Shown one piece after another: positions 1-8,737 of a stretch of DNA of 64,000 nucleotides (positions within the stretch are counted from its first letter, which is position 1; every line of letters begins with the position of its first letter). A program made the translations under genes and the position numbers. The notes under the pieces are model-generated. The model had not been told where the DNA came from, ran no database searches, and saw only the letters and a program-made list of their open reading frames with translations. The stretch is from Sedimentisphaerales bacterium (GTDB lineage Bacteria > Planctomycetota > Phycisphaerae > Sedimentisphaerales > SM23-30), in NCBI GenBank assembly GCA_963666285.1, contig OY762711.1. One strand, 5' to 3'.

Positions 1-176
1 TGGTTTATGTGTCTCTGCACATATATAGCGCACTTTTGATCTGACTTTTGAGTCGGGAGACAATTGGATGAAAAATGCCCTGGCTGAAAAACGATGAGGA
101 AAATCCTAACAGACTTGATGAGTATTAATCTTTAAGCAAAACCTCAATTACCCAAACTACAATTTCCTTCATTGTT

Positions 177-926
177 TTATTTCATATACTGTTTTCTTAA
201 GTTAAATTGCTTATCCAATGGCAAACCCAATAATAACAATGCCTGCTGAACCACCACATCTTCAAGCCTCTCCAGATACGCACTGCTATAGGCTGATTTG
301 TCAAGCAATTCTAAAATAAATTCCATATTTAAAGCATGGAAAAATATAGGAGTATTCAATATAATCGAAAGCATTAGAGCTTCATCATGAGAGACCCCCG
401 GCAATATCAATCTAATCACATTTAGTGTTGATTTTATATCATTATCTAAAAATCTCTCCTTCAGATAATCTTGCAACTCACTTTTAGTTTGGAGTAATTG
501 ATAAACTATTTTGGCATGCCAATCGGGTTTATTTTCATTAAATAACATATGTATTTGCCGATGAATCAATACACGAATAGCTTTTGCTTGCCCTTCAGGA
601 CTGTCCATTATATCACTATAGGGCTTCAGTGCCTTTTCAGCACTAAATTCAATAAAATCATTTATCGAATCATCAATTACAGCCTTAAATAAATTGGATT
701 TACTACCAAAATGATAATGAATACTTCCAATATTCACTTTACAAGCATCTGCAATCATTCGGGTTGAAATAGAATGAAAACTATGTTTTCCTGCTAAACA
801 ACCAGCAGTATCAATTACAATCTGCCTGGTCAACTCCCCACTCTTATAAGTCTTACCTTTATAGATACTTGTTTTTTTTGTTCTCACGATATTAAAAATA
901 TCCTTAAAATTATAATATTTTATCAA
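177..926 (-). CDS. TetR/AcrR-family transcriptional regulator (CecR-like)
   Basis: HTH signature TRQIVIDTAGCL...STRMIADACKVNIGSIHYHFGSKSNLF; downstream of the RND operon; true start may be later than the TTG at 926. Confidence 0.9.
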   Translation of the reverse strand: MIKYYNFKDIFNIVRTKKTSIYKGKTYKSGELTRQIVIDTAGCLAGKHSFHSISTRMIADACKVNIGSIHYHFGSKSNLFKAVIDDSINDFIEFSAEKALKPYSDIMDSPEGQAKAIRVLIHRQIHMLFNENKPDWHAKIVYQLLQTKSELQDYLKERFLDNDIKSTLNVIRLILPGVSHDEALMLSIILNTPIFFHALNMEFILELLDKSAYSSAYLERLEDVVVQQALLLLGLPLDKQFNLRKQYMK

Positions 927-949
927 AACATCAATTATCTAACACTACA

Positions 950-979
950 AATTTACACGACCAAATAAAATCAGTCAAG
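950..979 (-). promoter_or_regulatory. sigma70-type promoter of tetR (TTGACT-17 nt-TAAATT)
   Basis: Minus strand CTTGACTGATTTTATTTGGTCGTGTAAATT; near copy at 8111-8140. Confidence 0.6.
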
Positions 980-1352
980 ATTCTTAAGCAAATATTTACC
1001 AATTACTCTATTCAAATAAGAGAGATATATCACATAACTAAATTATTACGAACTTAAATAGCAGCAATATGAGTATATCTGCAATATTTGTAGTTTTGTA
1101 ACATTTTTCAAATATCTAATTATTCAAAATAGCCCAGGCAACCAAGGTGACCATCAAGCTGTATATTTATAGTAGCCTGGGCATAATTGTATTTTGGAAA
1201 AAATGATATTATCATTCAACAAAACAAACTCCTAAATATCCTCTAACCACATCATCTCATTAATACAGCTTATAAATTTCAACTTTCTATTGAAAACCAT
1301 CGCTGTAAACCCAAATTGAGGATATTGTCTTTTTTATAAATTCAACATATAT

Positions 1353-2699
1353 TTACTTCTCACAAATATTTTCCATAATTTCAGTTATCTTTCCGGTTTC
1401 AGCATCCAAAGTTATCCCATCAATCTCACATTGGATTTTAGCAGCATTAACCCTGACAAATACTGCAACCAAATCAGTCTGCACCTCATTTAATCTGGTA
1501 ACTGAAACTGTTCCTGCCAGATAAGCCTTGTTTACACTATCTCTTATTCGAACGGCTAAATTCTGGATTTTGAGCTGGTTTTCTAAAATACGGTATGAAT
1601 TATCAAGATTTGCTATGGCCTGCTGAATACCTGACTGAATTTCTAGAATTTTACCTTTATATTGCTGTTCCAGCATCAATTCATCATGCCTCGCTTGAGC
1701 CACCTGAGATTCCCTCCGCCCCCCAGAAAACAAATTCCAACTCAAGTTAACTCCTAAATAGCCAATATTTTCATCCTGGTCAATAACACCTACATCTTCT
1801 GTCTTGGTATAATCTACTCCGCCAACTACAGACAACTTCGGATAATAATTACCCTTTTGAACCTTAACGCGATGCTTGGCCGCAATAATCTCAGCCTGTA
1901 CCTTCCTCAGGTCTGGTCGATGTTCTAATGCATAACTAAATTCCTGGTTAAAATCATATTCAAACTCCTTAACTGCTGACTTAAACCTTTCCGGCAACAG
2001 TTCAGCTGTCAATTCAGCATCTTTTACTGCCATCAATTCAGCCAAAACAGTACACGCAGTCCGAAAATTCAACTCAGCATTCATATAATCTGTCTCTGCC
2101 TGTAATGCTCGTAGTGAAAAATTTAATACCTCAGACTCCGGAGCCGTTCCGGTCTCATATCTTACCTTGGCTTGCTGTTCCAAATGTAGGTTAAAATGCT
2201 GGTTCTGAGCGGCAACAACCATATTCTCCATAGCAAGTTGTGATTGTAGAAACGCTATTGAACTTGCCTGAGCCAGCAATCTTTTAATGTTAAAAGACAA
2301 TTCTTCTGCCTGTTTAATTTCCTGTTGTGCTATCATAATATTTGCTTCTCGAACAAAGCCATCAAACAAAAGCCAGTTAAATCCTATCCCAACAGTCCAT
2401 TGATTCATATACTCTTTCATACGATAGTCAGGTTCCCAGTCAGGCTGGTCTACAACTCTTTGATATTTTCTACCTGCCGTTAAATCAACAGCTGGGATCC
2501 GTGATGATTGAACCTGCTTCAATATCTGGCCCGCCGAATTAATTCTCTCAACGGCAGCAGCAAAGTCAGGATTGTTAGTCAATGTTATTTCGCAGGCTCG
2601 CTCTAAAGTAAGAGTTCCACTGGAAATATCATCTGAAAGTTCTGCAGCAATTACCGAGTTGCAGAGCAAACTCATTAAAAATATTAAAGTATATCTCAT
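1353..2699 (-). CDS. TolC-family outer membrane efflux protein
   Basis: Signal peptide, two OEP repeats (ALEHRPDLR, YYPKLSV, LSWNLFSGG); follows the RND gene. Confidence 0.92.
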   Translation of the reverse strand: MRYTLIFLMSLLCNSVIAAELSDDISSGTLTLERACEITLTNNPDFAAAVERINSAGQILKQVQSSRIPAVDLTAGRKYQRVVDQPDWEPDYRMKEYMNQWTVGIGFNWLLFDGFVREANIMIAQQEIKQAEELSFNIKRLLAQASSIAFLQSQLAMENMVVAAQNQHFNLHLEQQAKVRYETGTAPESEVLNFSLRALQAETDYMNAELNFRTACTVLAELMAVKDAELTAELLPERFKSAVKEFEYDFNQEFSYALEHRPDLRKVQAEIIAAKHRVKVQKGNYYPKLSVVGGVDYTKTEDVGVIDQDENIGYLGVNLSWNLFSGGRRESQVAQARHDELMLEQQYKGKILEIQSGIQQAIANLDNSYRILENQLKIQNLAVRIRDSVNKAYLAGTVSVTRLNEVQTDLVAVFVRVNAAKIQCEIDGITLDAETGKITEIMENICEK

Positions 2700-2755
2700 A
2701 TTATATCCTATTTATATGTGTATCTACTATAAAAATTAGTATTCAAATATATCAC

Positions 2756-5700
2756 CTACTCGTTACAATTCCAATCCAGATATCTTCGTTCAGGCTTTAT
2801 CCTGAACAGCAATGAATATAATACAGGAACAACAAATAAAGTCAAAAATGTCGCTGCAAATAACCCGCTCATTATAGTACCTGCCATCGCCTGATATAAT
2901 GGATCTGATGTTAAAGGCGCCATACCAAGGATAGTGGTTCCTGATGCCATTACTACAGGCCGCATACGACTAACCGAAGAGTCCAAAATAGCCTTATATG
3001 GAGGTTTCCCTTCTTTAAGATCAATTTCAATCTGGTCTATAAGAACAATAGCATTCTTTATCAACATACCTGACAACCCAAGAAAACCTAAAATTGCCAT
3101 AAAACCAAACGCCATCCGCAATACCATCAAGCCGGGGGCAACACCTATTAATGCCAGTGGTACAATTAGCATTATTAAGCCAGAACGTCGTAAAGAATTA
3201 AACAGAATTAGCAAAATAACATACATACCAATAATACATAACGGGAATATCTTTGCAAGCGGCTCCTGACTTTCAATAGAACTTTCATACTCGCCACCCC
3301 ATTCCAGAGAATAGCCTGTAGGCAACTCAATGTCACTTGCCTGGATCATAATGCTTTGAAGAACCTCTGCGACATTATAGCCTGGCTGAGGATTACACAT
3401 AATAGTAATAGTCTTTTCCCTGTTATAACGCTGTATCAAAGGCCACTGCCATGTGTGTGAAATTCCTGTCAAAGTCTGACTAATGGGAATAAAGCTTTGC
3501 TTGACTGGACTCCATACTTGCACATCAGCGATCTGCCCTACACCTTGCCTCTGCTGTTTTCCAGTCCTGAATACTATTGGTAAAAGTTCGTCCGATTCAC
3601 GATAGACTCCTGTTGTAAGCCCGGTATAATTCATCTGCAAAGCATTTGACAAATCGCTTCTGGAAATACCTACAATCCTAGCCTGTTGCTCAGAAAAATC
3701 TGGCTGAATTATACTTGTCGGTGTCCTCCAGTCATTAAAATAATCCTGCGTATGTGGAGTTGATTTCATAATCATTTCCATCTGGCCCGCCAGCATTTCC
3801 AAAACTTTTTGCTCCCCCCCCCTCAACCTGGCCTGGATTTTATATGTGTTTCCGGGACCATTAGGTATTTTACAAACATTTGGAGTAGCATCAGGGAAAT
3901 TCTCAGTCATATATTCGAGTATCTGTTCCTGTAAACCATCAATCCTTTTATAGTCGTCAGTTTTTACAAGTATCTGACCGTAGCTGCTGTTTTTACTTTC
4001 GTAATCATAAGACAAGATAAATCTCAACGAACCTTCACCTATAAATGATGTAACGTCCAGGACACCATCAAGCCCGGCTACATAACGCTCAATTGCCATA
4101 AGATCACTAGCTGTTTTCTCAATATGAGTCCCTTGCCCACTCCAGTAATTCACATAAAAATACGATTTAGTCGAATCTGGAAAAAATGCTTTGGGAACCT
4201 TATTTGCAAATGTAATTTGAGCTAGTACAAGCATTGCTATTACACAAGCTAATGACAACCACCTGAACTTGATTACCGTGTGAAGCATTTTCCTGTAAAC
4301 ATTGAACATTGGCCTGTCATATGGATTAGCCATATGAATATCAGGTATTTTTAAAAACCATACACACAGCAGAGGTGTGACAGTAACAGCTAATATCCAA
4401 CTTAATAATAATGACACTGCCATTACATCAAATAATGATCGACAGAATTCACCCACATTTCCAGGCGAGAAACCAATTGCTGTAAAAGCAAGTATTGCAA
4501 TCATGGTAGCACCAAGCAATGGCCAACGAGTATCACGTACAGTATCCTCCGCGGCATCAATACGACTCTCACCACGCTCTACGCGTATTAGAATTCCCTC
4601 GGCAACCACTATCGCATTATCTACAAGCATTCCTAGAGCCAGAATCAAAGCGCCAAGAGATATCTTTTGTAAAGTAATATCCATCACCTGCATAGCAACA
4701 AATGTCCCTAGTATATTTAGCAGAAGAATAAAACCTATCAATAGTCCGCTCGGTGCTCCCATAAATATCATCAGCAATACAACCACAATAACCACAGCTT
4801 CGGCAAGGTTCCAGACAAACATATTTACCGCCTCGACCACTACGTCACTCTGGCAATATATTAAATTAATCTTGACCCCTTCCGGTAATACCGGTGTTAG
4901 TTCGTCAATTTTGGCTTTTACGGACTCCCCCATTGTTATTACATTTCCACCATCAATTGTTGAAATACCCAACCCAATACATTCTCTGCCATTATATCTC
5001 ATCATATTTGTCGGCGGCTCTATATAACCTCTATACACACTGGCAACATCAGAGACTCTTATCAAACGTTCATCGTTTCCTATCAGCAAATTTTTTATAC
5101 TGTCTTCACTCCGAAAATCTCCACTCGGTAAAATTCTTAAATAGGAATCACCTACTGTCACTTTACCACTTTGAGTTACCGCATTTTGATTGTTAATAGT
5201 TTGCACTATCTGCATTGGTGGAATACCAAGCTCAGCCATCCTTGCTCGGTCATATTCAACATAAATGCATTCTTGACGCAACCCCCAGAAGTTGACTTTC
5301 GCCACATCCTCACATAGCAATAGTTCATTCTTAAGTTCATCTGCTATGTCTTTAAGTTTGGCATAGCCATACCCCGGAGCTGTAATGGCATAATACACAC
5401 CGTATACATCTCCGAAATCATCATTGACAATAGAAGGGCCGGCTCCGGATGGCAAATACATCTGACAATCATTAATCTTACGACGCAGCTCGTCCCAGAT
5501 TTGGGGTAGTTCACTTCCATGTATCTCATCTTTTATGTCAACAAAAACATAAGACATACCATCTTCAGAAGTAGAGTAAACCTTCTTAACCTCGCCGATC
5601 TCCTGAATCGCCTCTTCTATTACATCTGTAACTTCCTCCTCAACTTCTGATGGAGTAGCACCTGCATATGGCGTAACAACCAATGCTGTCTTAATTGTAA

Positions 5701-5818
5701 AGGTAGGATCTTCAAGACGTCCCAGTTTTTCGTAAGAAATTATCCCGCAACCAATAAGAAGTAGCGTAAGTACAACCATCGTAGTACGGTTTTTCAATGC
5801 AAATCTTGCTGGATTCAT
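2756..5818 (-). CDS. RND efflux transporter permease (AcrB/AcrD/AcrF family)
   Basis: 1020 aa; GMLVDNAIVV, GMLIKNAIVL and SRMRPVVM motifs; two large periplasmic loops. Confidence 0.96.
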   Translation of the reverse strand: MNPARFALKNRTTMVVLTLLLIGCGIISYEKLGRLEDPTFTIKTALVVTPYAGATPSEVEEEVTDVIEEAIQEIGEVKKVYSTSEDGMSYVFVDIKDEIHGSELPQIWDELRRKINDCQMYLPSGAGPSIVNDDFGDVYGVYYAITAPGYGYAKLKDIADELKNELLLCEDVAKVNFWGLRQECIYVEYDRARMAELGIPPMQIVQTINNQNAVTQSGKVTVGDSYLRILPSGDFRSEDSIKNLLIGNDERLIRVSDVASVYRGYIEPPTNMMRYNGRECIGLGISTIDGGNVITMGESVKAKIDELTPVLPEGVKINLIYCQSDVVVEAVNMFVWNLAEAVVIVVVLLMIFMGAPSGLLIGFILLLNILGTFVAMQVMDITLQKISLGALILALGMLVDNAIVVAEGILIRVERGESRIDAAEDTVRDTRWPLLGATMIAILAFTAIGFSPGNVGEFCRSLFDVMAVSLLLSWILAVTVTPLLCVWFLKIPDIHMANPYDRPMFNVYRKMLHTVIKFRWLSLACVIAMLVLAQITFANKVPKAFFPDSTKSYFYVNYWSGQGTHIEKTASDLMAIERYVAGLDGVLDVTSFIGEGSLRFILSYDYESKNSSYGQILVKTDDYKRIDGLQEQILEYMTENFPDATPNVCKIPNGPGNTYKIQARLRGGEQKVLEMLAGQMEMIMKSTPHTQDYFNDWRTPTSIIQPDFSEQQARIVGISRSDLSNALQMNYTGLTTGVYRESDELLPIVFRTGKQQRQGVGQIADVQVWSPVKQSFIPISQTLTGISHTWQWPLIQRYNREKTITIMCNPQPGYNVAEVLQSIMIQASDIELPTGYSLEWGGEYESSIESQEPLAKIFPLCIIGMYVILLILFNSLRRSGLIMLIVPLALIGVAPGLMVLRMAFGFMAILGFLGLSGMLIKNAIVLIDQIEIDLKEGKPPYKAILDSSVSRMRPVVMASGTTILGMAPLTSDPLYQAMAGTIMSGLFAATFLTLFVVPVLYSLLFRIKPERRYLDWNCNE

Positions 5819-5904
5819 AGTATTCCTATTTATATATTTCTATGTTAGTTAACTTTCGTAGTTTCTAAGTTGCACAAATCGCCTAACAGGGCCTCCCTGT
5901 TGAA

Positions 5905-5987
5905 TTTAAACAAAACGTGAGACGACCTGCCCTGAGCTAGTCGAAGGATAGTCGAACACTTTAATTTTTAACTTTTCATTTTTCACT
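5905..5987 (+). repeat. TTTAAA-hairpin-heptamer element with a nested CCTGAGC..GTCGAAGG REP-like insert
   Basis: tttaaa..gtgaGACga[cctgccctgagctagtcgaagga]taGTCgaacac, then TTTAATT TTTAACT TTTCATT TTTCACT; same layout as the copies at 18698, 19051 and 19209. Confidence 0.65.
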
Positions 5988-6122
5988 TAATTCGCCCTGT
6001 TCCGACCATTGCATATAATGCTGAACAGTCAAAAGTGCGACATATATATGATGCGAAGCATAAACCGCACTGTTATAGGTGGGAAATAAAACGGCCTTAA
6101 GGGTTAAAATTCTTCGAAATGA

Positions 6123-7286
6123 TTATTGCTCAATAATTGCAGCCTGCAGTGAAGTATCCGCATCAATATGTGTGTATCCTTGAACAACAACCATATCACC
6201 ATCATTTACCCCGTCGCTTACAACCAGATCATCCTGCCCGTAATAGCCCGCAAGCTTAATAAAACACTTACAGGCTTTCTGACTAGATTCAGAATAGAGC
6301 CATATAAAAGATTTCTCTCGCTCATTTAACACACAACTTTCAGGAACAGTTATTGATTGCCTCTGAGAATTATTCGGTTCTATAATTACGTTAGTACTCA
6401 TCCCAGGCATAATCTGGATATCAGACAAATTTGGCATGGAAAAAGTCAACCTGTACGTTTTAGTTACAGGATCAGAACCTATTTGCCATTCAACTAGTTC
6501 CGCAGAAAAAATACGATTAGAAAAAGCGGGAAACGTTACTGATCCCTGAAGATCTTGAGATAACTTGTAATCAGCAATTTTATTTTCCGGAACAAACACA
6601 TCAATTTCTAAAATTGAGATATCCTGAACAACCAGAACTGTTGTTCCGGCATTGACAATTTCGTAATTCTCGACGAACTGTTCGGAGACTATACCATCAT
6701 AAGGAGCCCTAAGTTCTGTATCCTGCAATTGATGCCTGGCTATTACCAACTGAGACTCCACTGCTTTCAATCCAGCTTTTGCAGCAGCCAAAGCGTTAAC
6801 TGCATGATCATAATTTTCCTGAGTAGTAACATTCTCATTAAATAATTTACTACTCCGCTTATAATCCTGCTTTGCATTCTCCAACTGAGACTGCACACTT
6901 TCCTTCTGAGCCATAAGAACAGCAATCCTGTCCTGAAAATCACGAGGATCTATCTGAAGCATTAATTGACCTTCTTTAACCATATCGCCAGGCCTAACAT
7001 CAAGCTTTACCAATGGACCGGAAACTCGAAATGCCAGCTTAGTTTCAACACTCGATCTTATTGTGCCAGGATAGGAACATGACTCGGCAATTGCATGAGC
7101 TTTGACTTTTAATACTGTCACAGGCATCGCTGTCGCAAAGTTTGCGGCATTGTTACTAAGTTCTTCACCTGCTTTTGCTGATGACTTATTAGCCGCAACA
7201 AAGACTCCAACACAAACTGATATCGCAACAATATAAATCACTACCTGTTTTACTAGCTGTCGAGTAGGCATGTCGCCTCCTTTCAT
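6123..7286 (-). CDS. RND periplasmic adaptor (membrane fusion protein); native start is ATG at 7981 (exon 1 = 7981-7978, exon 2 from 7258)
   Basis: N-terminal TM, LAFRVSGPL, LRAPYDGIV, IMPGMS; spliced N-terminus MKLVKQVVIY; unspliced alternative starts at 7286 and 7271. Confidence 0.93.
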   Translation of the reverse strand: MKGGDMPTRQLVKQVVIYIVAISVCVGVFVAANKSSAKAGEELSNNAANFATAMPVTVLKVKAHAIAESCSYPGTIRSSVETKLAFRVSGPLVKLDVRPGDMVKEGQLMLQIDPRDFQDRIAVLMAQKESVQSQLENAKQDYKRSSKLFNENVTTQENYDHAVNALAAAKAGLKAVESQLVIARHQLQDTELRAPYDGIVSEQFVENYEIVNAGTTVLVVQDISILEIDVFVPENKIADYKLSQDLQGSVTFPAFSNRIFSAELVEWQIGSDPVTKTYRLTFSMPNLSDIQIMPGMSTNVIIEPNNSQRQSITVPESCVLNEREKSFIWLYSESSQKACKCFIKLAGYYGQDDLVVSDGVNDGDMVVVQGYTHIDADTSLQAAIIEQ

Positions 7287-7977
7287 TAATTTAACAAATT
7301 CTGAGTTTCATTATATTTTGTGCAAGGAAACGCATGCCCCTCACTGAACCGGACTTGAAGATTTCCCTCATCCGGCTCTTCATTAATGCTCACTTTGACG
7401 GCTACATAAGGCAAAGTAATGTGCCTTGTAGAAGTCTCCGATAGAAGACGCTGTGGAACGTTCATGGTTTCTTCCAGTTCAGTGCCTGGCCAATATCCTG
7501 TTTCGCCTTTACACATTAATGCTGACCCCTTCGAGTGCCTCAAACTTCGAAACTCAACAGGCATTACCCTGTTTACTCCTCTACTATGAGTCAGTCCGAC
7601 TACCAAAATGCCATACGGCCGCGTCACGGTTTCAGCTCCTTGGCCGCTTCCTTTCGGAGCACTTCGGTTCTCCCAAGTTCCAATGCAGTCAGTTCGTTTG
7701 CCCGCTACGGACTCAGACCCCGGCTCGTCGATAGATGCTCGCCGTATTTCGCATATATCGATATTGGCTTCAGGCATATGAAAACCCTGGCCCGGATGCG
7801 ATAAGGAATAATTTCGGGGCTCAACACCTTCACTTGCGTTGTGGCTGACAAACTCCTTTCCCGGGGCTTCGTACAGTTCGTTACCTCTCTGCACGCCCGG
7901 TGCTGTAATGGGCGGGTGGCTAGCCCTTACCCATGCCGGATTGGCCGGCTTGACTACATTAGCTTCGCTTGGCGCTC
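7259..7977 (-). mobile_element. ORF-less group II intron (IIB-like, 719 nt)
   Basis: 5' GAGCG; EBS1 UCAUAU (7781-7776) in a stem-loop, complementary to exon end AUAUGA; D3-like GUCGGACUGACUCAUAGUA..GAAGGGGUCAG; D4 closed by CAUUAAUG; D5 GAGCCGGAUGAGGGAAAUCUUCAAGUCCGGUUC (7378-7346); D6 GAGGGGCAUG/CAUGCCU-A-CUC with bulged A at 7265; ends in AC; removal restores the host frame. Confidence 0.93.
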
Positions 7978-8110
7978 TCATATTTTATTTCCTTAAATAT
8001 TTTCTTTTCCAAAAACAACCACAGTATTTCAAAATAGCATAGCCCAAAGCCATCATTGATATTACTAATACAAACAAACTACACTATCATTCAAATGAAA
8101 TGCTTTATTC

Positions 8111-8140
8111 AATTTACACGATCGACCAATATTAGTCAAG
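8111..8140 (-). promoter_or_regulatory. sigma70-type promoter of the efflux operon with overlapping palindromic operator
   Basis: TTGACT-17 nt-TAAATT; near-perfect palindrome GACCAATATTAGTC (8124-8137) overlaps the -35. Confidence 0.65.
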
Positions 8141-8737
8141 TGATTAAATTTCAAAATCTCCCAACTGCATCTATTTCAATTCATTAAATTTACTAGACGA
8201 ACATTATTGGGTTCTAATAACCTAAATTGAATTTGCGACTCTCATGTAAAGGTTATCGGAACATCATTGAATAGCGTTCTTATCTAAAATGGTAGTTTAC
8301 TCTTATATACTACTTCCACTTCTTTCAAGCTTTCTGTTTATCCAAATGGCACCTCCATTTCCCAAAAAAAATGCCATATCATACTGCTAATACTAGACTT
8401 AAATAAAGCATCCGTCAACGTATGAATATGACCAACTCCTGCGTTGCCCTCTAGCAATTGGAATCTTTACGACGACATAATTCTCGGATTATCTCACCTG
8501 TCATCTTACGGTATTTTTAATCCTTCCCTTCTTTCGATATTTTGCTACTATTATCATATGATACTTGCATTTCCATTTGACACAGGATTGGCTTTGCCGG
8601 TCTTTTATTTTGGTTCTCCTTTACCTCTTTCAGAGTCTTTCGGAGAGCCATTGGTTTATGTTTTATCAATTAATAACCCTGGCTAGAAACAACTTCAATA
8701 CCAGGTCTATCCATTTTTTTCTAAAAAGGAATAATTC

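Noticed and set aside
5881..6082. Possible integron attC site (GCCTAAC ... GTTATAG, internal hairpins)
   Set aside because: Ends are not complementary in the attC manner, there is a single copy, and no integrase or cassette array is present
7286..7981. 231-aa ORF as an ordinary protein-coding gene
   Set aside because: It coincides with the structured intron RNA and has no RT (YADD) or other domain motifs; treated as a read-through frame, not a functional protein
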